Assembly: GCA_963778655.1 (NCBI GenBank)
Contig: CAVZVA010000010.1
Coordinates: forward strand, 1,344,001 to 1,408,000
Direction of reading: 5' to 3'
Length of the DNA: 64,000 bases
From: an uncultured delta proteobacterium
GTDB taxonomy: Bacteria > Myxococcota_A > Polyangia > Polyangiales > JAFGIB01
Shown: piece after piece, positions 40,485-50,413 of the stretch
Position numbering within the stretch: the stretch's first letter is position 1
Layout of the letters: the number at the start of each line of letters is the position of its first letter
Translations under genes and position numbers: made by a program
The notes under the pieces: generated by a model
Database searches by the model: none
Seen by the model: the letters and a program-made list of their open reading frames with translations, nothing else
What the model was told of the DNA's origin: nothing

Positions 40485-41759
40485 TCAAGGCAATCCGCTC
40501 CCCGCCGCCTTCCAGGACGCGGCTGCACGTGCCACCAGCTGCAGCGCGAGATAGGCAGTCAGCGTGCGCACGCGCTCCCGGTCGCCCGGCACTAGTCTGC
40601 GTTCCGCCAGGGCTTTTTCGCCCTGCCGCGCCAGCGCGAGCCACACCGTTCCGACCGGTTTGTCCGCGCTGCCGCCGCCCGGCCCCGCGATGCCGGTGGT
40701 CGCCACCGCCAGATCTGCGCCGGCCCTGCGCAGCGCCCCTTCGGCCATCGCCGTCGCCACCTCGGCGCTGACTGCGCCGCAGCGCTCGAGCAGCCCCGCA
40801 TCGACGCCCAGCAGCTCGCGCTTGGCGCTGTTGGCGTAGGTCACCGCGTCGAGCAGCAGGTAGTCGGAGCTGCCGGGCACGTCGGTCAGCAGCTTGCCGA
40901 TCAACCCGCCGGTGCAGGACTCGGCCAGCGCCAGCTTCAGCCCGTGCGCGCGCAGCAGCCGCCCCACGTGGGCCGGGTAGCTGTCGTCGCGGCCGCCGTA
41001 CGCGTAGGGCGCGAGCCGTTCCCGCACCTGGGCTGCGACCTGCTCGGCCAGCGTATCGGCGCTGGCCGCGTCTTGCGCGCGCGCCAACACCTTGATCTCG
41101 ATTTCGGGAAAGTGCGCGCGATAGCCCAACGTGACGCCGGGTTGCTGCAGCGAACCGCCGACGTCCACGTCGGACAGCCGCTCCGCCACCTCCGACTCGC
41201 GCAGGCCGAAGCTGCGGACGTGGACCTGGCCGCTCGTGCGCTGCAGCTCGCGCGCGAGCTCGGGCGCGAGGTAGCGCTCGAACAGGTGCCGCATCTCGCG
41301 CGGCACGCCCGGAAAGAAATAGCAGCGCGCCCCACCGATCTCGAGCACGAAGCCGGGCGCGGTGCCCTCGTCGTTGTCGAGCACGCGCGCGCCGCGCGGC
41401 AGGTCGGCCTGCTTTTGGTTGGGCGCGGGCATCGTCCGGCCGAGCTTCTCGTAGCGGACGCGGATGCGCTGCAGGGTCGGCTCGTGGCGCTGCAGCGGCA
41501 GCTGCAACACGGCGGCGGCGGCCTGCGCCGTTACGTCATCCGAGGTCGGGCCGAGGCCCCCGGTGCACACCACCAGCTTGACCTCGCGTCCAAACCTGGC
41601 CAGGGTGGCCCCGATCCGCGCAGAATCATCCGGGACGACCGCATGTTCCACCACATCGACGCCCAGGTCCGTGAGCCGTTCCGAGAGCCAGGCGGCGTTG
41701 CCGTTGACCAGCTCGCCGCGGGTCAGCTCGGTGCCGGTGGCTAGCAAGGCGGCCTTCAT
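40485..41759 (-). CDS. cinA: Competence/damage-inducible protein CinA (NMN deamidase)
   Basis: GTELTRG...TGGLGPTSDDVT, GTAPG, PGVPREM, AESCTGG, TTGIAGPGG. Confidence 0.94.
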   Translation of the reverse strand: MKAALLATGTELTRGELVNGNAAWLSERLTDLGVDVVEHAVVPDDSARIGATLARFGREVKLVVCTGGLGPTSDDVTAQAAAAVLQLPLQRHEPTLQRIRVRYEKLGRTMPAPNQKQADLPRGARVLDNDEGTAPGFVLEIGGARCYFFPGVPREMRHLFERYLAPELARELQRTSGQVHVRSFGLRESEVAERLSDVDVGGSLQQPGVTLGYRAHFPEIEIKVLARAQDAASADTLAEQVAAQVRERLAPYAYGGRDDSYPAHVGRLLRAHGLKLALAESCTGGLIGKLLTDVPGSSDYLLLDAVTYANSAKRELLGVDAGLLERCGAVSAEVATAMAEGALRRAGADLAVATTGIAGPGGGSADKPVGTVWLALARQGEKALAERRLVPGDRERVRTLTAYLALQLVARAAASWKAAGSGLP

Positions 41760-41763
41760 GGAC

Positions 41764-41796
41764 CCTGAGCGTATGTGCAGGTATCTCTCACGTCAA
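41764..41796 (-). promoter_or_regulatory. sigma70 promoter of cinA-recA overlapped by a LexA-like box
   Basis: TTGACG-N17-TACGCT (41796-41768); CTGCACATACGCTCAGG (41780-41764) covers the -10. Confidence 0.65.
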
Positions 41797-41978
41797 GGCT
41801 GCTGTAGGTAATCGCGCAGGGCTGCTCGCTGCGATCGGGTGACTCCGACCCCAGAGCGCGCCCGCTGCGACGTTGTCCGCGAGCTCCCCCTCCAAGCCCT
41901 CATCACACACGATTCGAGATTCAAGAGACGCTCGAGAGCGCTCGCGCCGCCCTCGAGCCGCCCAACCGACGGAAACCC

Positions 41979-43607
41979 ATGCCCAACAAAACCCTGATCT
42001 GGATCGCGCTGGCGGTCGCGCTTGGGACGAGCGCCCCGTCGCGCGCGCAGCAAGCGCCCGCGGCGCCCGCGCCGGCTGTCGCGCCCCCCAAGCCCGCCAG
42101 CCCCGCGCCGACTGCCGCGCCAGCGGCAAGCTCAAAGGCCAAGCCGGTGCCCGAGCGCGCGGTGGCGGCGCCCGCGGCGCCGGCCGCCAAGCCCGGCGCG
42201 GCTGCGCCCAAGGTCGCTGCGCTGCCCGCCCCCGCGGCCGCGCCCGCCAAGCCCGGCGCGCCTGCTGCACAGGCCGCCGCCGCGCCGGCGGTTCCGGCCA
42301 CGCTGCACCTGCCGGTGATCCGCCGCGTGCTGCAGAACGGCCTGCGCGTCGTGATGAGCCCCGACAAGACCGTGCCCACGGTCGCGATCGCGGTCTACTA
42401 CGACGTCGGCTCGCGCAACGAACAGCGCGGCCACTCGGGCTTCGCCCACCTGTTCGAGCACATGATGTTCCAGGGCTCGGCCAACGTGAGCAAGGGCGAG
42501 CACTTCGAGCTGATCATGAATCGCGGCGGCTCGCCCAACGGCACCACCAGCGAGGACCGCACCAACTACTTCGAGACCGTGCCGAGCAATGACCTGGCGC
42601 TGGGGCTGTGGCTGGAGGCCGACCGCATGCGCTCGCTGGCCATCACCCAGCAGAACTTCGAGAACCAGCGCCAGACGGTGATGGAGGAACGGCGCCAGAG
42701 CGTGGACAACCGGCCCTACGTGAATTCGATGCTGCGGATCGACGAGCTGGCTTACGGCGACTACTTCCCCTACGCGCACAGCACCATCGGCGACATGCAG
42801 GACCTGCGCAACGCGCCGCTTTCGGCGGGGCAGGAGTTCTTCGACGAGTACTACGCGCCCAACAATGCGGTGCTGAGCCTGGCCGGCGCTTTCGATCCGG
42901 ACCAGGCGCTGGCGGAGGTGCAGCGCTACTTCGGCGACATCCCGCGGCACAAGACGCCCGCGTACAATCCCGAGCCGCTCAAGCCGCAGACCGCTGAGCG
43001 CGTCGAGACCATGGTCGACCCGCTGGCCGAGCTGCCGGCGTTCCACATCGCCTATCACATCCCGCCCGACCGAGCGCCCGACCACTATCCGCTCGAGCTG
43101 CTCGGGATCGTGCTGGGCGACGGAGAGTCCTCGCGCCTGTACCAGAAGCTGGTCAAGGGCAAGCAGTTGCTGCAGCAGATCGATGTCGGCACCGATTCGC
43201 GGCGTGGGCCCGATCTGTTCAGCGTGTGGGCGATCTGTTCCAAGGGCCACACCGGCGCCGAGGCGCGCCCGCTCATCTTCAAGGAGATCAGCGAGATCGC
43301 GGCCAAGGGCATCGGCGAGCACGAGCTGCAGAAGGCCAAGAACAAGGTGCGCTCGATGTTCGTGTTCGAGCTGGAGACCAACATGCAGCGCGCCATGCAC
43401 CTGGGCGAGTTCGAGCTCTATTTCGGCGACGCGAACCTGCTCAACCAGGAGCTCGACCGCTATCTCGCGGTCACGCCCGCTGACGTGCAGCGCGTGGCCA
43501 AGCAGTACTTCGCACCCACCAACCGCACCGTGCTCGACGTGATTCCGGCCAAGGCCGCCGCGGCGCCCGTCGCGCAGGCCAAGGCTCACAGCGGGAGCAA
43601 GCCATGA
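41979..43607 (+). CDS. M16 (pitrilysin) zinc protease, catalytic subunit, secreted
   Basis: Signal peptide, Pro/Ala/Lys-rich linker, GFAHLFEHMMF (HxxEH). Confidence 0.92.
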   Translation: MPNKTLIWIALAVALGTSAPSRAQQAPAAPAPAVAPPKPASPAPTAAPAASSKAKPVPERAVAAPAAPAAKPGAAAPKVAALPAPAAAPAKPGAPAAQAAAAPAVPATLHLPVIRRVLQNGLRVVMSPDKTVPTVAIAVYYDVGSRNEQRGHSGFAHLFEHMMFQGSANVSKGEHFELIMNRGGSPNGTTSEDRTNYFETVPSNDLALGLWLEADRMRSLAITQQNFENQRQTVMEERRQSVDNRPYVNSMLRIDELAYGDYFPYAHSTIGDMQDLRNAPLSAGQEFFDEYYAPNNAVLSLAGAFDPDQALAEVQRYFGDIPRHKTPAYNPEPLKPQTAERVETMVDPLAELPAFHIAYHIPPDRAPDHYPLELLGIVLGDGESSRLYQKLVKGKQLLQQIDVGTDSRRGPDLFSVWAICSKGHTGAEARPLIFKEISEIAAKGIGEHELQKAKNKVRSMFVFELETNMQRAMHLGEFELYFGDANLLNQELDRYLAVTPADVQRVAKQYFAPTNRTVLDVIPAKAAAAPVAQAKAHSGSKP

Positions 43608-45331
43608 GCCGCAAGCATCCATTCACCGCGCAGTGCGTCTCTCTCGGTCTGATCTGCGGCCTGCTCGGCGGCTGCGCCACCGCGGCCGCGCCGGTCGCCC
43701 AGAAGCCGACCGTTGCCACTCCGGCCACCACCACGGTCGCGGTGGAGAAGGCCCCCGTGCCCAAGCAGCAGCCGCCTGCGCCCGGACCGCAGCAGCCGGC
43801 GCGCTTTCCGGCGATCGCGCGCAGCCAGAGCCCGAACGGCCTCGAGCTCGACACGGTGGAGATGCACGAGCTGCCGGTGGTCGACATCAAGCTGGTGGTG
43901 CGCAGCGGCAGCGCGGCCGACCCCAAGGACATGCCGGGGCTGGCGCACCTGACCGCGGCGATGCTCAAGGAGGGCACGCGCAAGCACAGCAGCGCCAAGC
44001 TTGCCGAGGTCATCGATTTCCTGGGCGCGCGCCTCGACGTCGACAACGACGCGGACGGTAGCTACGTCGAGATCAAGATCCTGCGCGATCACTTCGACGA
44101 GGCGCTCGGGCTGCTGGCTGAGATCGCGCGCGAGCCGGCGTTCAAGCAGGACGAGCTCGACAAGCTCAAGAAGCGCGAGCTGGCGCGGCTCGAGCTGCAG
44201 TCGCAGAACCCGCGCTTTCTGGCCAGCCGCGAGCTGCACAAGGCGCTCTACGGCGAGCACCCCTACGCGCACGTCGACACCACCAAGGCCGTGGTCCAGC
44301 GCGTCAAGCGCAGCGACCTGAGCCGCTGGCACGCGGCGCACTACGTGCCCAACAACGCGTTTCTGGTGGTGGTCGGCGACGTCACTGCCGACCAGGTCCA
44401 GCGCGCCGCCGACCATGCCTTCGCCGGCTGGAGCAAGCGCGCCGTGCCCGCGGTCGAGGGGACGCTTCCGTCCCCCCGCACGCAGCGCGAGGTGGTGCTG
44501 GTCGATCGCCCGAAGTCGGTGCAGTCCGTGATCTACGACGGCGATCTGGCGCTGGCGCGCCGCGACCCCGACTACATCCCGCTGCTGGTGGCCAACCAGG
44601 TGCTGGGCGGCTCGGCCGCGTCGCGCCTGTTCATGGACCTGCGCGAGAAGCGCAGCCTAACCTACGGCGCATACAGCGACGTCGGCGAGCTGGTGCAGAT
44701 CGCGCCCTTCACCGCGTTCGCGGCGGTGCGCACGGAGGTCACCGGACAGGCGCTCGCGGCTTTCGACGAGCACCTGCACCGGATCGTGCGCGAGGCGCCA
44801 CCGCAGGGCGAGCTCGACGACGCCAAGCACTTCCTGATCGATCGCTTCCCGCTGCGCATCGAGAGCGTGGACAAGATCGCGGAATTGGTCGCCGACCTGC
44901 GCACCTACGGCCTGCCCGATGACTACTGGAACCACTTCAACCAGCAGATCGCGGCGGTGACTGCGCCGCAGGCGCTGGCAGCCGCGCAAAAGTACATTCG
45001 TCCCGACAAGAGCGTGATCGTGGTGGTGGGCGAGGCGGCCGCGATCAAGAGCGCGCTGGAGCCCTACGGGCCGATCACCGTGGTCGACACCGAAGGCAAG
45101 CTGGTGCTCAAGCCGCAGCCCGCGCCGCCCGCGGCCGCGCCCGCCGCGCCGGCCGCGGCGCAGCCGCAGGCCAAGGCGGCGCCCGCCGCCGGCAAGGCTG
45201 CGCCGGCGGTCGCACCCCAGGCCAAGGCGGCCGCGCCGGCCCCGCCGGCGGTCGCAAAGCCCGCTGCGCCGGCCACGCTTCCCGCCGCGGCCCCGGCGGC
45301 TGCCGCCGGCCACCCAGGCAAGGAGCACTGA
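43604..45331 (+). CDS. M16 protease non-catalytic partner, lipoprotein
   Basis: Lipobox LLGGC; GLAHLTAAML lacks HxxEH; SRLFMDLREKRSLTY; ATGA overlap with partner gene. Confidence 0.88.
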   Translation: MSRKHPFTAQCVSLGLICGLLGGCATAAAPVAQKPTVATPATTTVAVEKAPVPKQQPPAPGPQQPARFPAIARSQSPNGLELDTVEMHELPVVDIKLVVRSGSAADPKDMPGLAHLTAAMLKEGTRKHSSAKLAEVIDFLGARLDVDNDADGSYVEIKILRDHFDEALGLLAEIAREPAFKQDELDKLKKRELARLELQSQNPRFLASRELHKALYGEHPYAHVDTTKAVVQRVKRSDLSRWHAAHYVPNNAFLVVVGDVTADQVQRAADHAFAGWSKRAVPAVEGTLPSPRTQREVVLVDRPKSVQSVIYDGDLALARRDPDYIPLLVANQVLGGSAASRLFMDLREKRSLTYGAYSDVGELVQIAPFTAFAAVRTEVTGQALAAFDEHLHRIVREAPPQGELDDAKHFLIDRFPLRIESVDKIAELVADLRTYGLPDDYWNHFNQQIAAVTAPQALAAAQKYIRPDKSVIVVVGEAAAIKSALEPYGPITVVDTEGKLVLKPQPAPPAAAPAAPAAAQPQAKAAPAAGKAAPAVAPQAKAAAPAPPAVAKPAAPATLPAAAPAAAAGHPGKEH

Positions 45332-45334
45332 GCC

Positions 45335-47167
45335 ATGTGCGGCATCGTCGGCTACGTCGGCCAGCAGCAGTGCGCCCCGATCCTGGTGGATGGCCTGCGC
45401 CGGCTGGAGTACCGCGGCTACGACTCGGCCGGCTTGGCCGTGCACGACGGCCACAAGATCCGCGTGGTGCGCGCGGTCGGCAAGCTGCACGAGCTGGAGA
45501 AGGCGCTTGCGGCGACCCCGCTCGCAGGCACTACCGGCATCGGCCACACGCGCTGGGCCACGCACGGGCGCGTCTCTGAGATCAATGCACACCCGCACGT
45601 CGCAGGTCAGGTCGCGGTGATCCACAACGGCATCATCGAGAACCACATGGCGCTGCGCGCGCGGCTGGAGAAGGCTGGCGCGCGCGTGGTCAGCGACACC
45701 GATACCGAAATCATCGCACACCTGATCGACGAGCAGATCAGGCAGGGCAAGGATCTGGTGCAGGCGGTGCGCGAGGCGCTGCCGCAGGTCGAGGGCTCGT
45801 ACGCGATCGCGGTGGCCGCCGAGGCCGACCCCGACCGGCTGGTGGTGGCCAAGAACGCCTCGCCGCTGGTGATCGGCCTGGGCGAGGGCGAGAGCTTCTG
45901 CGGCAGTGACATTCCGGCGCTGCTGCCCTACACGCGCCGCATGATTATCCTGGAGGACGGTCAGATGGCCGTGCTGAGCCGCGACCAGGTACGCGTCAGC
46001 ACGCTCGACGGCACCGCGGTCGAGCCCCAGGTGCGCACCATCGACTGGTCGCCGGTGATGGCCGAGAAGTCCGGCTACAAGCACTTCATGCTCAAGGAGA
46101 TCTTCGAGCAGCCGCGCGCGATCGAGGATACGCTGCGCGGGCGGCTCGACCGTGAGCACGCAGACGTGATCGCCGACGAGATCGGGCTCTCGGCCGAGAT
46201 CGCGCGAGGCATCGAGCGCATCTGCCTGGTCGCCTGCGGCACCAGCCATCACGCGGCGATGACCGGGCGCTACTACTTCGAGCGCCTGGCCAAGGTGCCG
46301 ACCTCGGTCGAGCTGGCCAGCGAGTTCCGCGCGCGCGATCCGGTGGTGACGCCAAACGACCTGGTGATCGCGCTGAGCCAATCGGGCGAGACGCTCGACA
46401 CGCTGATGGCTGCGCGCCTGGCCAAGCAGAAGGGTGCGCGCGTGCTGGCCATCGCCAATGTGATGGGCAGCGCCATCCCGCGCCTGGCCGACGGCGAGCT
46501 CTACACCCGCGCCGGTCCCGAGATCGGCGTGGCCTCGACCAAGTGCTTCACCACGCAGCTGTGCGCGCTGCTTATGCTGGCGGTCTACGTCGGCCGCCGT
46601 CGCGACGCGCTCAGCGAGGATCGCGCCCGCGAGCTGGTCGAGGGCATGGCGCGGCTGCCGCAGCTGATGCGCGAGGTGCTGCAGGGCACCCGCCAGCTGG
46701 TGGCCAGCCTGGCGCGCCGCTACCTCGAGGCGCGCGACGTGCTGTTCCTGGGCCGCGGTCTGAACTTTCCGATCGCGCTCGAGGGGGCGCTCAAGCTCAA
46801 AGAGATCTCCTACGTGCACGCCGAGGGCTACGCTGCCGGCGAGATGAAGCACGGACCGATCGCGCTGATCGACAACAGCGTGCCGGTGGTGGTGCTGGTG
46901 CCGCGTGACGAGTTCCGCGACAAGAGCATGAGCAACCTGCAGGAAGCCAAGGCGCGCGGCGCGCGTATCATCGCCATCGCCACCGAGGGCGACGAGGAGG
47001 CGCGGCGGCTCGCCGACGAGGTGATCGAGATTCCTGCGGCCGAGAGCGAGCTGCTGCCTCTGCTGACCGTGCTGCCGCTGCAGCTCTACGCCTACTATGT
47101 GGCCGACCTCAAGGGCACCGACGTGGACCAGCCGCGCAACCTCGCCAAGACGGTGACGGTGGAGTAG
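45335..47167 (+). CDS. glmS: Glutamine--fructose-6-phosphate aminotransferase
   Basis: MCGIVG, LEYRGYDSAG, GHTRWATHG, SQSGET, PRNLAKTVTVE. Confidence 0.98.
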   Translation: MCGIVGYVGQQQCAPILVDGLRRLEYRGYDSAGLAVHDGHKIRVVRAVGKLHELEKALAATPLAGTTGIGHTRWATHGRVSEINAHPHVAGQVAVIHNGIIENHMALRARLEKAGARVVSDTDTEIIAHLIDEQIRQGKDLVQAVREALPQVEGSYAIAVAAEADPDRLVVAKNASPLVIGLGEGESFCGSDIPALLPYTRRMIILEDGQMAVLSRDQVRVSTLDGTAVEPQVRTIDWSPVMAEKSGYKHFMLKEIFEQPRAIEDTLRGRLDREHADVIADEIGLSAEIARGIERICLVACGTSHHAAMTGRYYFERLAKVPTSVELASEFRARDPVVTPNDLVIALSQSGETLDTLMAARLAKQKGARVLAIANVMGSAIPRLADGELYTRAGPEIGVASTKCFTTQLCALLMLAVYVGRRRDALSEDRARELVEGMARLPQLMREVLQGTRQLVASLARRYLEARDVLFLGRGLNFPIALEGALKLKEISYVHAEGYAAGEMKHGPIALIDNSVPVVVLVPRDEFRDKSMSNLQEAKARGARIIAIATEGDEEARRLADEVIEIPAAESELLPLLTVLPLQLYAYYVADLKGTDVDQPRNLAKTVTVE

Positions 47168-47176
47168 CTTCGGGCG

Positions 47177-48007
47177 GTGCTCGGCCAGATGCGGATCGCG
47201 GTGGTGGTGCCCGCGTACAACGAGGCGCTGCACCTCGCGCGCGTGCTGGGCACGCTACCGGCCTTCGTCGATCACGTCGTGGTAGTCGACGACGCCAGCG
47301 ACGACGGCACTTGCGCGGTGGCGCTCGCTGCCGGCGACGCGCGCGTGGAGCTGCTGCGCCACGCCCGCAACCGCGGCGTAGGCGCCGCGCTCAAGAGCGG
47401 CTACGCGCGCGCCTTCGCGGCGGGCGCGGAGGTGGTGGCGGTGATGGCCGGTGACGGTCAGATGCACCCCGACGACCTGCCGGCCTTGCTCGCACCCGTG
47501 CTCGCTGGCGAGGCCGACTACGTCAAGGGCGACCGGCTGTCGCACCCGCTGGCGCGCGCGCGCATGCCGCTGCCGCGTCTGATCGGCAATCACCTGCTGA
47601 GCGCGCTCACGCGCCTGTGCGTGGGCGCACCGGTGCGCGACTCGCAGTGCGGCTACACCGCGCTCAGCCGCCGTGGGCTTTCGCGGCTCCCGTTGCACCG
47701 GATGTGGGAGGGCTACGGCTACCCCAACGACCTGCTCGGCCGGCTCGCGATCGCGGGCCTGCGCGTGCGCGACGTGGTGGTGAGGCCGGTGTACGGCAGC
47801 GAGCGCAGCGGTATCGGGCTGCGCCACGCGTTGCTGGTGATCCCCTTCGTGCTCGCGCGCGTGCTGTTGCGGCGCATGGCGGCCGCGTCGCGCCGTGCCG
47901 CGCGCAGGACCGACCCGCGGCCCGAGCTGCCCGCCGCCGAGCCGGGCGCGGTCGCCTCGCAGCCGCTCTACGCCACGCTACCTTCGCTGCCGAGCCTGGA
48001 GCCGTGA
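47177..48007 (+). CDS. Glycosyltransferase family 2
   Basis: VVVPAYNE, VVDDASDD, NRGVG, DGQMHP, DSQCGY. Confidence 0.9.
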   Translation: MLGQMRIAVVVPAYNEALHLARVLGTLPAFVDHVVVVDDASDDGTCAVALAAGDARVELLRHARNRGVGAALKSGYARAFAAGAEVVAVMAGDGQMHPDDLPALLAPVLAGEADYVKGDRLSHPLARARMPLPRLIGNHLLSALTRLCVGAPVRDSQCGYTALSRRGLSRLPLHRMWEGYGYPNDLLGRLAIAGLRVRDVVVRPVYGSERSGIGLRHALLVIPFVLARVLLRRMAAASRRAARRTDPRPELPAAEPGAVASQPLYATLPSLPSLEP

Positions 48008-48040
48008 GCGCGCTTCCCCCCGCGCTCTGACGAGACCGTC

Positions 48041-49225
48041 ATGCACATCGGCCTGCTGACCACCAGCTTCCCGCGCCACCCGGGCGACGTGGCCGGCGAT
48101 TTCGTGCTCGGTTTCGCGCGTGCGCTGGCGCAGCGCGGTCACAGCTTCGAGGTGCTCGCGCCCGAGCCGGCCCAGCGGCTGCCGAAGCCGGCCTGGCCGG
48201 GCATCGAGCTGTGCTGGGTGCCCTACTTCTGGCCGCGCGGCGCGCAGCGCACGTTTTACGGCGCCGGCGTGCCAGACAACCTGCGTCGCGATCCGCGCGC
48301 CTGGCTCGGGCCGCTGCCGTTCTGCGCGGCGCTGCTGCGCGCGGCGGCCGCGCGGCGCGCGCGCTGGGACGCGCTGGTCAGCCACTGGGCGCTGCCCTGC
48401 GGCCTGCTCGCGGGCGCGCTGCGGCAGCAGCGGCCGCACCTGGCCGTGCTGCACTCGGCGGACCTGCACCTGCTCGCGCGTCTGCCCGGGCGCGCGCGAC
48501 TCGCGGCCGACATCGCGCGCGGCGCGAGCCAGCTGCTGTTCGTGTCCGCCCAGCAGCGCGAGCGCTTCGTCGGCTGGCTCGGGCCCGGGCTCGCGCCCGC
48601 TGCGCGCGCGCGCAGCCGCGTGCACCCGATGGGCATCGACGGGGCGGCGCGGATCCGCGCGCCACGCGCGCTCGAGCGCCGCCGGCTCGGGCTCGAGCGC
48701 TTCACCTTGCTGAGCATCGGGCGGCTGGTGCCGGTCAAGGGCCTGGTCGAGGCGGTGGGCGCGCTGCGCGCGCGCGGCGACCTCGAGTGGTTGATCGCGG
48801 GCGAGGGTCCGGAACGCGCCCGGCTCGAGCGGCTCGCGCGCGGCGCGCGGCTGCGCGTGCGCCTGCTCGGCACCGTCACCGGGGCACGCAAACAGGCGCT
48901 GCTGGGGGCCGCGGACGCGTTCGTGCTGCCCTCGCGTGTGCTCGCCTCCGGCCGCTCCGAGGGTGTGCCCACGGCGTTGCTCGAGGCGATGGCGGCCGGG
49001 CTTCCAGCGGTGGCCGCGGACGTAGGCGGCGTGCCCGAGGTGCTGCGCCACCAGCACAGCGGGCTGCTGTTCGATCCGCGCGCGCCCGGCGCGCTCGAGG
49101 CCGCGATCGATCGGCTGCTGGCTGCGCCCGAGCTCGCGCGCGCGCTCGGCGCCCGGGGCGCGGAGCAGGGCGCGCGCCACCACTGGAGCGCGCTGGCGCC
49201 CGAGCTCGAGCGGCTGCTGCGCTGA
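48041..49225 (+). CDS. Glycosyltransferase family 4
   Basis: IGRLVPVKG, AGEGPER, EGVPTALLEAMAAG. Confidence 0.9.
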   Translation: MHIGLLTTSFPRHPGDVAGDFVLGFARALAQRGHSFEVLAPEPAQRLPKPAWPGIELCWVPYFWPRGAQRTFYGAGVPDNLRRDPRAWLGPLPFCAALLRAAAARRARWDALVSHWALPCGLLAGALRQQRPHLAVLHSADLHLLARLPGRARLAADIARGASQLLFVSAQQRERFVGWLGPGLAPAARARSRVHPMGIDGAARIRAPRALERRRLGLERFTLLSIGRLVPVKGLVEAVGALRARGDLEWLIAGEGPERARLERLARGARLRVRLLGTVTGARKQALLGAADAFVLPSRVLASGRSEGVPTALLEAMAAGLPAVAADVGGVPEVLRHQHSGLLFDPRAPGALEAAIDRLLAAPELARALGARGAEQGARHHWSALAPELERLLR

Positions 49226-49238
49226 GCACCGCCGCGGC

Positions 49239-49961
49239 TCACAGCTTGACGTCGCGCGTGCCTTTGGGGGGCTGCCAGTCGAACAGCGCGGAGGACACCC
49301 CGCTGTTGAACTTGAGCGCGCTGAAATCGAAGCGGTTGCGGTTGCCCGACGGATCCACGATCACGACCCGCCGCACCAGCCCGCGTAGCGCCGGGGTGCG
49401 CTCCACGTAGAACAGGATGCGCTGGTACTGCGGCGTGGGGCGCTTGGGCCGCAGCTCGAGCACGTCGCCGCCCGGAAAGCCTTCGTGCGCAGGATCGAGC
49501 AGGCCGAAGGTGAAGCTGTCCTGCAGCTTGCCGGTGCCCATCAGAAACGACAGCGCCTGCGGAAGCTGTGCTTGGGAGATGGGTTGCCGTGCGACCTGAC
49601 CCGGCTCGCCGTCCTCACCCGGCTCGTACACCAGCAGCGTCTTGCCGTTGCTCACCACCACCTTGCCGTTGGGCTGGGCGTAGTCCCAGCGCATCATCCC
49701 CGGCTTCTTGAATACCACCCGCCCCTTGGAGCGATCGACGCGTTTGTAGAGCTTGTTGACGTAGGTCTGGAAGAAGCTGGCGCTGACGTCGGTCGTCTGG
49801 TCGTAGAACGCCTGCACCGACGCCGCCACCGCCTGCGCTGCGGCGGCGTCCTGCGCGGCGGGCTCGGCCCGCGCGCCAGCGCTTGCAGCGAGCAGGGCCG
49901 CGCCCCCTGCTACCAACACGAAACACGCACGCTGCAGGCTACGGGACAAGTCGCGGGGCAC
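49239..49961 (-). CDS. lolA: Outer-membrane lipoprotein carrier LolA
   Basis: Signal peptide, ASFFQ...GRVVFKKPGMMRWDY...VSNGKTL. Confidence 0.88.
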   Translation of the reverse strand: MPRDLSRSLQRACFVLVAGGAALLAASAGARAEPAAQDAAAAQAVAASVQAFYDQTTDVSASFFQTYVNKLYKRVDRSKGRVVFKKPGMMRWDYAQPNGKVVVSNGKTLLVYEPGEDGEPGQVARQPISQAQLPQALSFLMGTGKLQDSFTFGLLDPAHEGFPGGDVLELRPKRPTPQYQRILFYVERTPALRGLVRRVVIVDPSGNRNRFDFSALKFNSGVSSALFDWQPPKGTRDVKL

Positions 49962-50183
49962 TCTCTATTCCTGCACTTTCTCGCTGTGATCTCGACGCGT
50001 TGCCGGTGCCGGCTATTCAGGCCCGGGTTATGGGCCCGGCGGGTGTCGCAGGTCAACTGAACAGTGCACGGCCCGGTTGCGATCCCCAGACTGCTTTGAG
50101 ATGCTGGCTCGCAGGGGGCGAGCCGCTTCCACCCTTGGCTTTCATAGGTCCGAGCTTCAGCCCATCTCCGTAAGGGAGTCTCC

Positions 50184-50381
50184 ATGACAAGGCATCGCAA
50201 GCTGGACGTGCAGTCGCAGATCCATCGCCTCGAGCGCAGGCATGGCGACCTGAAGGAGCGTATCGCCGATCTCGATCGGCGAGCCTTTCTGACGGTGCAA
50301 GAGCACCTGCTGGTGACCGAGCTCAAGAAAGAAAAGCTTGCGGCCAAGGACGCGCTGGCGGGCCTGCGGCGCCCGCTCTGA
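50184..50381 (+). CDS. Small coiled-coil protein (YdcH/DUF465-like)
   Basis: LERRHGDLKERIADL...ELKKEKLAAKD; AAGGGAG RBS. Confidence 0.8.
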   Translation: MTRHRKLDVQSQIHRLERRHGDLKERIADLDRRAFLTVQEHLLVTELKKEKLAAKDALAGLRRPL

Positions 50382-50413
50382 AGCGGAGACTAGTCCCCTG
50401 GACTGGCGGCCGG

